Positions 50,141 through 60,017 of a stretch of DNA of 64,000 bases are shown in pieces (the stretch's first letter is position 1; every line of letters begins with the position of its first letter). Made by a program: the position numbers and the translations under genes. Source of the stretch: Pedobacter sp. (GTDB lineage: Bacteria > Desulfobacterota > Desulfuromonadia > Desulfuromonadales > Syntrophotaleaceae); contig JBFWJC010000001.1 of NCBI GenBank assembly GCA_050253415.1, positions 1,160,679 to 1,224,678 of the forward strand, written 5' to 3'. A model generated the notes under the pieces. The model searched no databases, was not told the DNA's origin, and worked only from the letters and a program-made list of their open reading frames with translations.

Positions 50141-51010
50141 TTGCCTGCCGAGAAGTATTCCATTATCATCATACCCGAGGGTCACCGTCGCACACACCGG
50201 CTCCAAATTAGCCGGAAGTGGGCGCGGTTGCTGGTGGCAGTGCTGGTAACGGCTGTGCTGGTAGTCGGTGGTCTTGTATATCGTTGTGTTCGCATTGACC
50301 TGGATCGTGCCGAGTTGCAGCGTTTGCGAACCGAAAGACGTGGTTATCAGCAAGAACTGCGGCTGGTTTCCGGACAGCTTCAGGCTTTAAGGAAAGATAT
50401 GGTGGTGCTGGCCAACAACGATACAAAGGTCCGGTTGATGACCAAGTTGACCAAGCCCGTGGACAATGTACCTGTAGGGGTGGGGGGGCCGATTGAGACA
50501 ACCCCTGATAAGGAGTTGTCCGGAGTGCAACGACAGATTGACGATATTCGCCAAGCTATCGATTTGCGCCGGGAAAGTCTTGAGGAGCTGCAGGGAGCAC
50601 TTAACGATCAACGATCGCTATTTGCTGCCAGGCCCACTGGCAAGCCTGCCAAGGGGTGGGTCACTTCCGGGTTTGGCGTGCGCAAGTCGCCTTTCTCCTC
50701 CGGCAGCAAGATGCATTATGGTCTGGATATAGCCGCTCGTACCGGGACTCCTGTTTTGGCGCCGGCTGACGGGGTTGTAAAACGTGTTCGTACGGCCTCC
50801 GATTACGGTAAAATGGTTGTTATCGATCATGGTTACGGGTATCAGACGCTCTATGCCCATAATTCCAAGGTATTCGTCAAAGTTGGACAACGGGTGAAGC
50901 GTGGAGACACGATATCAGCTATTGGCAATACCGGGCGTTCGACCGGCCCTCATCTGCATTACGAAGTTCATCTGAACGGTGTTCCTATCAATCCTCGGAA
51001 GTTTCTCTGA
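50141..51010 (+). CDS. M23 family metallopeptidase
   Basis: N-terminal TM, coiled coil, HYGLD, HLH. AAGGAGG RBS before a TTG start. Confidence 0.93.
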   Translation: MPAEKYSIIIIPEGHRRTHRLQISRKWARLLVAVLVTAVLVVGGLVYRCVRIDLDRAELQRLRTERRGYQQELRLVSGQLQALRKDMVVLANNDTKVRLMTKLTKPVDNVPVGVGGPIETTPDKELSGVQRQIDDIRQAIDLRRESLEELQGALNDQRSLFAARPTGKPAKGWVTSGFGVRKSPFSSGSKMHYGLDIAARTGTPVLAPADGVVKRVRTASDYGKMVVIDHGYGYQTLYAHNSKVFVKVGQRVKRGDTISAIGNTGRSTGPHLHYEVHLNGVPINPRKFL

Positions 51011-51033
51011 TATATTATCGATCTGTATTAATG

Positions 51034-51058
51034 GCCTCGGCATGACCGGGGCTTTTTT
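51034..51058 (+). terminator. possible intrinsic terminator
   Basis: gcctcgg-catga-ccggggc followed by a T-run. Confidence 0.55.
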
Positions 51059-51207
51059 GCGCACGGTCCATCCTGTGTCGCCCATTCCCGTTGAGCTAAC
51101 AGGTTGCTTTGTGCTACACTTTCGCCCGGATCGGGCAGGTTCTCGTTTTCGTCCATAGCGACATATCCTCCCGGTCGGATGCTGGCCACACTAACGGAGA
51201 TTTCTTA

Positions 51208-53898
51208 ATGGTTGGAAATATACTGACAAAAGTATTCGGTAGCAAAAACGAACGCGACCTCAAGCGTATGCGGCCATTGGTGGAGCAGATCGGCAGCCTT
51301 GAACCAGGGTTGACGAGTCTTTCCGATGAGGCATTAGCTGCCAAGACAGTCGAATTCCGGCAACGTCTTGCTCAGGGGGAATCTCTCGACTCGTTATTGC
51401 CTGAGGCTTTTGCTGTTGTTCGCGAGGCGGGCAAGCGGGTGTTGGGCATGCGCCATTTTGATGTGCAGCTTATTGGCGGCATGGTTCTGCATCAGGGTAA
51501 GATCGCTGAAATGAAAACCGGTGAAGGTAAGACTCTGGTGGCGACCTTGGCCTCTTACCTGAATGCTCTGCCTGGCAAAGGCGTACATGTTATTACCGTC
51601 AACGATTACCTTGCCAGTCGTGACGCTGAATGGATGGGCCGTATTCACCGATTTCTCGGATTGAGTGTCGGGTGCATCGTCCATGGGCTTAACGATCAGC
51701 AACGTAAAGAGGCTTATAACTGCGATATCACCTACGGTACGAACAACGAGTTCGGGTTTGATTATCTGCGCGACAACATGAAGTTTTCCCTGGAAGACTA
51801 CGCACAGAGACCGTTGCATTTTGCCATTGTCGATGAGGTGGATTCCATTCTCATTGACGAGGCACGTACGCCGCTGATTATCTCCGGGCCGAGTGAAGCT
51901 TCCAGCGAACTCTATTATTCGGTAAATCGCATCATTCCCATGCTGCAAAAAGGGGAGTTGATCGAAAGTCGGGATGGCCGTGTGGGGCAGACCGTAAGGG
52001 AATATACCGGGGATTTTACCGTCGACGAAAAGGCCAAGAGCGCAACTCTTACCGAAGAGGGTGTGGCCAAGGTGGAGCGTCTGCTGGGAGTGGAAAATCT
52101 GTATGATCCCGGCAATATCGAGATATTGCATCATGTCAACCAGGCATTGAAGGCGCATGCCTTGTTCAAGCGGGATGTTGATTATGTCGTCAAGGACGGC
52201 GAGGTGATGATCGTCGATGAATTTACCGGCCGCCTGATGCCCGGGCGGCGGTGGAGCGACGGGTTGCACCAGGCTGTGGAAGCTAAGGAGGGGGTCAAGA
52301 TCGAGAGTGAAAACCAGACCCTGGCCACTATTACCTTCCAGAACTATTTCCGCATGTACGACAAACTGGCTGGCATGACCGGTACCGCTGACACCGAGGC
52401 GGCGGAATTTAACGAGATCTATAAGCTCGATGTCATGGTTATCCCCACCAATCGACCCTTGGCGCGCGTGGATATGGGAGATGTTATTTACAAGACCACC
52501 CGAGAGAAGTTTCAGGCGGTGGTCGAAGATATCATCCAGTGCCATGCTAAGGGGCAACCGGTTCTGGTCGGCACCATCTCCATTGAGAATTCCGAGGTGT
52601 TGTCGGAGATGTTGCGCAAGCGCGGCGTTTCCCATAATGTCCTTAACGCCAAGCATCACGAGCGGGAAGCCGAGATTGTTTCGCAGGCAGGTCGCAAGGG
52701 TGCTGTGACTATCGCCACCAATATGGCCGGTCGTGGTACCGATATCATCCTTGGCGGTAATCCTGAGCTGCTGGCGCAGCGTGAGAGTGCCAGTGCGGAC
52801 GATCCCGAAGCAGCCTATGCCCAAGCTTTGGCCAAGTATCGGGATATCTGTGCGAAGGAAAAACAGGAAGTCCTGGCGACCGGGGGATTGTATATCCTGG
52901 GGACCGAGCGTCACGAAAGCCGTCGCATTGATAATCAGCTGCGCGGGCGTGCCGGACGGCAGGGGGATCCTGGTCTCAGCCATTTTTATCTCAGTCTTGA
53001 AGATGACCTGTTGCGTATTTTCGGCTCGCACAGGGTTGCCTACATCATGGATCGTTTGAAGATCCCCGAAGGCGAACCCATTGAGCACCGCTTTATTTCC
53101 AAAGCCATCGAAAATGCACAGAAAAAGGTTGAGGGGCATAACTTCGATATTCGTAAGCATCTTATTGAATACGATGACGTTATGAACACGCAACGAAACG
53201 TTATCTATTCCCAGCGGCGCGAAGTTTTGGCGGGGGAACAGCTGCCGGAGACCTATGCGGCCATTATGGAAGAGATGGTCGAGGATATCGTTGCGACCTT
53301 CTGCCCTGAAAAAACCAACCCGGAAGATTGGAACTGGACAAGTCTGAACGAAGACTTTTATGTCCAATTCAATATGACTCCGCTGCCTCTGGAGGTGCCG
53401 GAGCGCGACTTGACGCCGGCGGTGTTGACGGCACATCTTAAGGAGCAGGTCCGCAAACGTTTTGAAGAGCGTGAAGCCGAGTTTACGCCCCCGGTCATGT
53501 CTCACTTGATGAAAGTGCTTTTGTTGCAGACTATCGATGCTCAGTGGAAAGATCACCTGCTGTCTATCGATCACCTCAAGGAAGGCATCGGCTTGCGCGG
53601 CTACGCCCAGAAAAATCCCAAAGAGGAGTACAAGCGGGAAGCTTACGAATTGTTCCTGCAGGTCATGGGACGAATCCGGCAGGAAGTGATACAAAAGCTG
53701 TTTCGCATCCAGTTGGCTAAGGAGCAGGATGTGGAGCGCATGGAAAGTCGTCAACGCAGGCACCAGATGGTGTTTAACCGTGCCGGTGGCGAAGATGTAG
53801 CGGCCAAACCAACAGTTCGCCAGGACAAAAAAGTCGGTCGTAATGATCTTTGTCCTTGTGGAAGCGGTTTGAAATATAAGAAATGTTGCGGCCAGTAA
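51208..53898 (+). CDS. secA: preprotein translocase ATPase SecA
   Basis: [23 protein letters not shown]-terminal CPCGSG..YKKCC. Confidence 0.99.
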   Translation: MVGNILTKVFGSKNERDLKRMRPLVEQIGSLEPGLTSLSDEALAAKTVEFRQRLAQGESLDSLLPEAFAVVREAGKRVLGMRHFDVQLIGGMVLHQGKIAEMKTGEGKTLVATLASYLNALPGKGVHVITVNDYLASRDAEWMGRIHRFLGLSVGCIVHGLNDQQRKEAYNCDITYGTNNEFGFDYLRDNMKFSLEDYAQRPLHFAIVDEVDSILIDEARTPLIISGPSEASSELYYSVNRIIPMLQKGELIESRDGRVGQTVREYTGDFTVDEKAKSATLTEEGVAKVERLLGVENLYDPGNIEILHHVNQALKAHALFKRDVDYVVKDGEVMIVDEFTGRLMPGRRWSDGLHQAVEAKEGVKIESENQTLATITFQNYFRMYDKLAGMTGTADTEAAEFNEIYKLDVMVIPTNRPLARVDMGDVIYKTTREKFQAVVEDIIQCHAKGQPVLVGTISIENSEVLSEMLRKRGVSHNVLNAKHHEREAEIVSQAGRKGAVTIATNMAGRGTDIILGGNPELLAQRESASADDPEAAYAQALAKYRDICAKEKQEVLATGGLYILGTERHESRRIDNQLRGRAGRQGDPGLSHFYLSLEDDLLRIFGSHRVAYIMDRLKIPEGEPIEHRFISKAIENAQKKVEGHNFDIRKHLIEYDDVMNTQRNVIYSQRREVLAGEQLPETYAAIMEEMVEDIVATFCPEKTNPEDWNWTSLNEDFYVQFNMTPLPLEVPERDLTPAVLTAHLKEQVRKRFEEREAEFTPPVMSHLMKVLLLQTIDAQWKDHLLSIDHLKEGIGLRGYAQKNPKEEYKREAYELFLQVMGRIRQEVIQKLFRIQLAKEQDVERMESRQRRHQMVFNRAGGEDVAAKPTVRQDKKVGRNDLCPCGSGLKYKKCCGQ

Positions 53899-53949
53899 TG
53901 GTGTCGGCGCAATTTGTAACCCTTCGCTGAGATACAGAAGGAGTGCGTA

Positions 53950-55134
53950 ATGACAAAAGTCAAGGGGTTCACTTTTGCAGCCCGGTCGGCAGGTATCCGT
54001 AAATCCGGGCGGCTCGACCTCGGCTTGATTTTCTCTACAACACCCGCCAGGTGCGCCGGGGTGTTTACGACCAATAAAGTCCAGGCGGCACCGATTCTGG
54101 TTACCGCACCACGGTTCGCCGGCGGTTTATGCCAAGCGATACTGGTGAATAGCGGGAATGCCAATGCCTGTACCGGCGAAACCGGTTTGCGTGATGCTGA
54201 GCATTGCAGCCGCCTGTTGGCCGATAGTCTTGGTATTGACGAAACGCTGGTGGCTGTTTCCTCCACCGGGGTCATCGGTCAACCGCTGCCTATGCCGCTG
54301 CTGGTAGAGGCCATTCCGAAATTACCCGCGGGGTTGTCTGCTGATGCAGTGTCCGATGTCGCCACGGCGATCATGACCACCGATTCTTATTCCAAGCTGT
54401 CCAGTCGGGAGGGCAGCGCGGGACAAAAGCCCTATACCCTTCTCGGTGTCGCCAAGGGCGCGGGGATGATTCATCCCAACATGGCGACCATGCTTGCCTT
54501 CGTGGTGACCGATGCCTGTGTTGAACAGGAGTTTTTGCAGCAGGCGTTGCGCCAGGCGGTAGCGGGTTCTTTTAATATCATCACGGTGGATCGCGATACC
54601 TCGACCAACGATATGGTGCTGGTTCTGGCCAACGGTGAGGCTCAGACCCCGGAAATTGTCGCGGATACCCCCGCTGGACAGGAGTTTGTCTCCCTTTTGC
54701 AAGAGATCCTGCTGGATCTGGCCAAAATGATCGTGCGCGATGGTGAGGGGGCCACAAAGCTGGTACACGTGCAGGTAAGCGGCGCTGCGGATGCTGCCGG
54801 TGCCCGACAGGTGGCGTATAGTGTTGCGACCTCGAATCTGGTGAAAACCGCATTCTTTGGTGAAGATGCCAACTGGGGGCGTATTATTGCCGCTGTCGGC
54901 TATTCCGGAGCCCAGGTTGATCCTGCCTGTATTGATATCTTTTTTGACGATGTACCCGTGGTTCAGGGAGGTCTCGGCACGGGGCCCGAGCGTGAGGCTG
55001 AAGCAACGGCGGTACTTAAACAGGCCGAATTTTCCGTGAAGATTAACCTTGGCCTTGGTGAAGCGCGGGCGGAATATTACACTTCCGATCTGACCTATGA
55101 ATACATCAAGATCAACGCCGATTATCGGACCTGA
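53950..55134 (+). CDS. argJ: glutamate N-acetyltransferase ArgJ
   Basis: NSGNANA, STGVIG, IMTTD, KGAGMIHPNMATML, DGEGAT. Confidence 0.97.
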   Translation: MTKVKGFTFAARSAGIRKSGRLDLGLIFSTTPARCAGVFTTNKVQAAPILVTAPRFAGGLCQAILVNSGNANACTGETGLRDAEHCSRLLADSLGIDETLVAVSSTGVIGQPLPMPLLVEAIPKLPAGLSADAVSDVATAIMTTDSYSKLSSREGSAGQKPYTLLGVAKGAGMIHPNMATMLAFVVTDACVEQEFLQQALRQAVAGSFNIITVDRDTSTNDMVLVLANGEAQTPEIVADTPAGQEFVSLLQEILLDLAKMIVRDGEGATKLVHVQVSGAADAAGARQVAYSVATSNLVKTAFFGEDANWGRIIAAVGYSGAQVDPACIDIFFDDVPVVQGGLGTGPEREAEATAVLKQAEFSVKINLGLGEARAEYYTSDLTYEYIKINADYRT

Positions 55135-55173
55135 TAAGCGTGGTCTAGGTTCTATTGATTTTTGATTCTGTCC

Positions 55174-55219
55174 GGGCCACCTCGGGGCGGTACAGTCCGT
55201 CCCGAGGTGGCCCTTTTTT
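55174..55219 (+). terminator. intrinsic terminator
   Basis: gggccacctcggg / cccgaggtggccc followed by a T-run. Confidence 0.85.
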
Positions 55220-55274
55220 GACCTGGAATACTCGTGAAGATTGTTTGCGAGTCATCCGGGCGAAAGGTACCTGT

Positions 55275-55940
55275 ATGGAATCCCCTGCCCGATTTATCGA
55301 CCATACTTTACTCAAGGCGGATGCGACTTCCGCCCAAATTCAGCAGCTTTGCCGCGACGCCTTGCATTGGGGGTTTGCTTCGGTCTGTATTCCGCCTCGT
55401 TTTGTTCCACTTGCTGCCGCATCTTTGCAGGGGACCGAGGTGGCGGTCGGCACGGTGGTGGGTTTTCCCCTTGGTTACGATGTCACCGCTACCAAATGTG
55501 CTGCGACGGCACAGGCGATTGCTGCAGGGGCGAGCGAAATCGATATGGTTATGCCCTTGGGTGCGGCGGTCGAGGGCCGTCTGGATGTCGTACGGGAGGA
55601 TGTATGCAGGGTTCTGGAGTCCACTTGCGGTCATACCCTTAAGGTCATTATCGAATGTTGCTATCTGGACAATGCGCTGAAGGTGCAGTTGGTTGAACTG
55701 CTGGCCGATGTAGGTGTCGCCTATGTGAAAACATCTACAGGTTTTGCCAAGACAGGTGCAACACCTGAGGACATCCGACTTTTACACCAGGCGGCACAAG
55801 GCCGGATAAAAGTCAAAGCAGCCGGCGGCATCCGCGATTGGGAGTCATGTCGTGGCATGCTGGAGGCAGGAGCACACCGCGTCGGTACCAGCAATGGGGT
55901 GCAGATCATGCACCAATGGCAAGGGGAGCAGGAACGATGA
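55275..55940 (+). CDS. deoC: deoxyribose-phosphate aldolase
   Basis: IDHTLL, GFPLG, EIDMV, KTSTG, KAAGG. Confidence 0.96.
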   Translation: MESPARFIDHTLLKADATSAQIQQLCRDALHWGFASVCIPPRFVPLAAASLQGTEVAVGTVVGFPLGYDVTATKCAATAQAIAAGASEIDMVMPLGAAVEGRLDVVREDVCRVLESTCGHTLKVIIECCYLDNALKVQLVELLADVGVAYVKTSTGFAKTGATPEDIRLLHQAAQGRIKVKAAGGIRDWESCRGMLEAGAHRVGTSNGVQIMHQWQGEQER

Positions 55941-57115
55941 CTTCAACAATTTGGCAGCGGGTGGTGTTGATAACTCTGGACGGCGTTGGCGTCGGTGGTC
56001 AACCGGATGCCGCAAGTTACGGAGATCAAGCTGCAAGCACTTTACCGCATGTAGCCGAATATTGCGGTGGTTTACGTTTGCCGAACCTTGCTCGATTGGG
56101 CCTTGGCAGAATCGTTCCCATAGCCGGTGTTGCGGCAGTTCCTGAACCATGCGGTGTTTTCGGGCGCATGCTTGAGCGTTCCGAGGGGAAAGACACTACT
56201 ACCGGGCACTGGGAGTTGGCGGGGTTGGAGCAGGGGAAGCCTTTTGCAACATATCCTCAAGGATTTCCCGAAGAGGTGATAGATGCCTTCGCCGCGCTTG
56301 CCGGGGTACGCCCTCTGGGCAATATTGCGGTCAGCGGTACCGAGGTTTTAAGGCTTCTCGGGGAAGAACATCTGCGCTGTGGGCGGCCCATTGTTTATAC
56401 CAGCGTTGATTCGGTTTTTCAGATTGCCGCCCACGAAGATGTGTTGCCGCGCGAGCGATTGTATGCTCTGTGTGAGGGTATGCGACGGGTGCTTGATACG
56501 TATCGTGTCGGGCGGGTTATCGCGCGACCTTTTGTCGGCACAAATGCCGATAACTTTGAACGAACCGCAGGTCGACGCGATTTTTCCATGCCACCTCAGG
56601 GCGACACCCTACTGGATACTTTCCAGCAGGCTGGTATGACTGTGGTAGGTGTCGGCAAAATAGGCGATATATTTGCCGGCAAGGGAGTCAGTCGATCGAT
56701 AAAAAGTACCTGCAACAACGATGGCATGGCTAAAACTCGCCAAGCTCTGGCAGCGCTTGATCGTGGCATGGTATTTACCAACCTGGTTGATTTCGACATG
56801 CTGTACGGGCATCGGTTGGATGCTCGTGGATTTGGACGAGCGCTGGAAGAGTTCGATGTCTGGCTGGAAGGATTTATGGCGGAGTTGAAGGTTGGTGACC
56901 TTCTGGTCATCACCGCGGATCATGGTTGTGATCCAACCACGGAAGGCACCGACCATACCCGCGAGAGTGTGCCGGTACTGGTGTGGCACCCCGGTCTTGT
57001 ACAGGGTCGAAACATTGGTGTTCGCAGCAGTTTTGGCGATGTTGCGGCAACGATTGCCCAGCTTTTTGGGCTGGTGTGCGTTAGTGGTACGAGTTTTGCC
57101 GATCAGTTAGCCTGA
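55937..57115 (+). CDS. deoB: phosphopentomutase
   Basis: LDGVG, GKDTTTGHWE, FDMLYGH, TADHGCDP, DHTRE. Confidence 0.96.
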   Translation: MTSTIWQRVVLITLDGVGVGGQPDAASYGDQAASTLPHVAEYCGGLRLPNLARLGLGRIVPIAGVAAVPEPCGVFGRMLERSEGKDTTTGHWELAGLEQGKPFATYPQGFPEEVIDAFAALAGVRPLGNIAVSGTEVLRLLGEEHLRCGRPIVYTSVDSVFQIAAHEDVLPRERLYALCEGMRRVLDTYRVGRVIARPFVGTNADNFERTAGRRDFSMPPQGDTLLDTFQQAGMTVVGVGKIGDIFAGKGVSRSIKSTCNNDGMAKTRQALAALDRGMVFTNLVDFDMLYGHRLDARGFGRALEEFDVWLEGFMAELKVGDLLVITADHGCDPTTEGTDHTRESVPVLVWHPGLVQGRNIGVRSSFGDVAATIAQLFGLVCVSGTSFADQLA

Positions 57116-57906
57116 GACAGCGGAGGACGTTCTCGCCGTGACGGAATAGGCAAGTGGACCACCGTGTCATCAGAGGGCTTGGTTGACAAGGTTGTTTGCC
57201 AGCCATTGCGTGCCTTGTGATCGGAAAGTTCTTCCATGAAGCAACTCTCAATATAGCGTTCGAGCAGATGACTGCTATGTGGCTGCAGTTCTATAAACTC
57301 GATACCGACCCCCTGTTGATAGTTGTTCTTGGGTTCCGGGTGAACGCAATAAAGCACCTGCCCGGTGAGTTCCAGTTCCTGTTTCATGCCCAGCAAAGGC
57401 AACACGATGCGAAATTTTTCCCTGTGATCCAGTCGGAACCCTGTTTTCATGAACAGCCCGCGGGAACTGAGGCTTAAGATTTCACCCAGATGACATTTGT
57501 TGCTGCGGCAGATCATCCCTGGGAGATTCAGGTCGAGGCGCATGTTTTGGCGCGGATGTTTTTCCAGGTGTTTCTGGATGGCGGAGAACAGTGCAAAAAT
57601 ATCCAACGGTACATCCAGTCGTTCATGGGGCAGGTCAACAACATGCTCTTGTTCTGAGGTTTGCAGTACGATGAGAGAAGACCCCTTGTCGAGACTCTGC
57701 GAAACAGTTTTGACTATTTCGCTATCTTCTCCAGCAGTCAGCCAGTCAGCGTTAATAATGAGAAGGTCGGGACTTGTGTCCCGGATTAGCCTGACCATGC
57801 GGTCCTGGCAGTGAGCCGCCAGTACCCGATAGCCCCAATGTTTAAGAGTGGTATCGAGGGTGGTCAGGATGCTTTCTCTGTGTTCTCCGAGGAGCAGGCG
57901 TTTCAT
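57103..57906 (-). CDS. degenerate receiver domain plus PilZ domain protein
   Basis: REC-like N-terminus without the phospho-Asp. PilZ-like RQNMR...SLSSRG...GVGIEF. Confidence 0.7.
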   Translation of the reverse strand: MKRLLLGEHRESILTTLDTTLKHWGYRVLAAHCQDRMVRLIRDTSPDLLIINADWLTAGEDSEIVKTVSQSLDKGSSLIVLQTSEQEHVVDLPHERLDVPLDIFALFSAIQKHLEKHPRQNMRLDLNLPGMICRSNKCHLGEILSLSSRGLFMKTGFRLDHREKFRIVLPLLGMKQELELTGQVLYCVHPEPKNNYQQGVGIEFIELQPHSSHLLERYIESCFMEELSDHKARNGWQTTLSTKPSDDTVVHLPIPSRRERPPLSQAN

Positions 57907-58061
57907 GTGGGGGTTCCGTAAAAAGGGTCATACGAGGAATAAAACGATATTGCGAAATGTTACATTTTGTCTACGGGTATATGTCAAGGATAGGTTTGGG
58001 TCAAGGGAAATCTTGTTGAATAGTATGAACAGTGACGTGTCTAATGAATGGGAGGGTTGTG

Positions 58062-58451
58062 GTGAAGGGTTTATTTTTGGTTTTGCTTCTCGTGCTTTTT
58101 TTGGGTCAGAATGTGTATGCAGGCCAGCCTGAGGTTCACCTTGCGGAAATCATAGTAACCACGGGCATACAGGATCGCATGCCTGTTGATGCCGTCCAGT
58201 CCTATGCGGCATCTGTTGAATCGCTTTACTGTTATTGCCGAATAATCGGTTTTAGCGCGGAAACCACAGTGTGGCATGTGTGGTATCACAACGATCGCGA
58301 GGTGGCCAGAATTTCTCTGCCGGTGCGCTCGTCGAATTGGAGAACCTGGTCGAAAAAGACCATCCCTGCAGCAGGGCGTGGTGCCTGGCGCGTGGATGTT
58401 TTGGGAGATGATGGGGGCGTTCTGGGTTCGCTAGGGTTTAGTTTGCTGTAA
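58062..58451 (+). CDS. exported DUF2914-like protein
   Basis: Signal peptide, HVWYH, WRTWSKK, GAWRVDV. Confidence 0.7.
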   Translation: MKGLFLVLLLVLFLGQNVYAGQPEVHLAEIIVTTGIQDRMPVDAVQSYAASVESLYCYCRIIGFSAETTVWHVWYHNDREVARISLPVRSSNWRTWSKKTIPAAGRGAWRVDVLGDDGGVLGSLGFSLL

Positions 58452-58511
58452 AGGCAGGCAGCCAAGAATCGGGAAGAAGCTTCGTGCCTCTTCCCGACCA
58501 ATATCTGTTCA

Positions 58512-58955
58512 CTATTTTTTGGTTTTTCCTTTAGCCTTCTGTGCACGGGCTTTGGCTAGGTTTTCACCGAGACCACGGTCGATGGCCATCTGGCGGCGGC
58601 TTTCTGAATAGGCACGCGCTGCCAGGGGTTGGGTGCGGGGGATGTCAAATTGTTTGCGATATTCAGACGCTGTCATGCCATGAGAGGTCTTCAGGTGGCG
58701 AGCGAGGGTTTTCATTGGTTTGCCACAAATCATGCAGACAACTTTATCTTTGCCAAACGCTTTTTTGCGGGTAACAACGGGGGCTTGAGATGTTTCTTCT
58801 TCTTCTGAAACCGTTTCAACCACGGTCCCGCTTTCAATGGCGACCAAGGCCTGGTGTAAATCGTTGAGTTCAGCTATGAGCTCTTCTTTCGTCATTGGGG
58901 TAGTCGACGCGTGGGATGCAACGATTTCGGCTGCCATTTCTAGTAAATTTGCCAT
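58512..58955 (-). CDS. MucR/Ros family zinc-finger regulator
   Basis: AAEIVA, CMIC...RHLKTSH, YSESRRQMA...GLG. AAGGAGG RBS. Confidence 0.92.
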   Translation of the reverse strand: MANLLEMAAEIVASHASTTPMTKEELIAELNDLHQALVAIESGTVVETVSEEEETSQAPVVTRKKAFGKDKVVCMICGKPMKTLARHLKTSHGMTASEYRKQFDIPRTQPLAARAYSESRRQMAIDRGLGENLAKARAQKAKGKTKK

Positions 58956-59756
58956 AGAGGTTTCCTCCTTAAGGATAAATTGAATTTCTTTTTGAAAGTA
59001 CTTCTTACTAATACAATATATTCTTTTAAAATCAAGTAAAAAGGATGATTTTAAATTTATTTGTCTAGATGGCAACAAGAGAGAGGTTGTTTTAGCCTGG
59101 GAATATCATTTTCAGGTTGTCTGTACTATTGGGTAGTGTCAACGAAAAGACAATTCGTTGGTTAATTGTTTAGCGTGAAAAGACTGTGCTACCTATCAAA
59201 ATGTAAGTATTTTCCTCGTTTGTTACATAGCATGTTTTGGGTAGGTGCGTAGGCCTGAATGTTTTGGAATAAAATTTTATGACTCAGGCTTAGGGTAGTG
59301 TTGCCCGACCATTGATATCGAGATCTCTCTTCGAGTTTTACCGCGTAGTGATTGCTGACACTTGTTTTGGCGTGGAAGAAGTACGCAATTTGCAATCGCA
59401 GAATCATGGTTTTAACCCTCGAAAAAATCGTTGTTCGTAATGTTCAAGAAGTTTAGTCGTGACAGTGGATTGTAGTTGGTGGCATGCAAGTGCTGAGGAA
59501 ATAAGTACGGTTCGTCGCATCCTGATGTGCAGTTCACCCCTTTTCGTTCAGGCCATCGCTTAACTTGGGGAAAATGGATAATCCCGAAAGGCATTAATTC
59601 TTTCATTTTTATAGATTCGGCAGTTGATGACGTTGGAGGGGGTGCCAAAAAGTCCTCCCAATGGGATAGGGTTGGTGAGGTGAATTCAGGGACTTACTGG
59701 TTCATATCAATGCCCTTGGAAGTGGTATAACCTATTGAAATTTCCAGTCAAAAAGC

Positions 59757-59785
59757 TTGACACTGCCTAGTCGCTATGCTAGCTT
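59757..59785 (+). promoter_or_regulatory. putative sigma70 promoter
   Basis: TTGACA-17-TAGCTT with extended TGn, upstream of the RomR-like gene. Confidence 0.55.
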
Positions 59786-60017
59786 TTAGGCGTTTTATGT
59801 TGTGATTGTTAGGGACCTCGTGTGGCAGTTTGATATGTAGCTGTTACAAAAGACCAGTTGTGTCTATCGCCGCGTAAGGTGTCGAGGTGTAGAAGTGCCA
59901 GGCAGGTTGTTCTTTTTTCGATCTGATTCGGTGCGGCTGTGCAAATCCAAATCGATGGCCCGGTGTTTTTTGTTGGCAAGGGCCATTGCGCATTCTGTAT
60001 GTTACAGGGAGGCTTGA

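Noticed and set aside
51394..53763. 789-aa ORF on the minus strand
   Set aside because: Lies entirely antisense to secA with no recognisable motifs; a shadow ORF produced by codon bias
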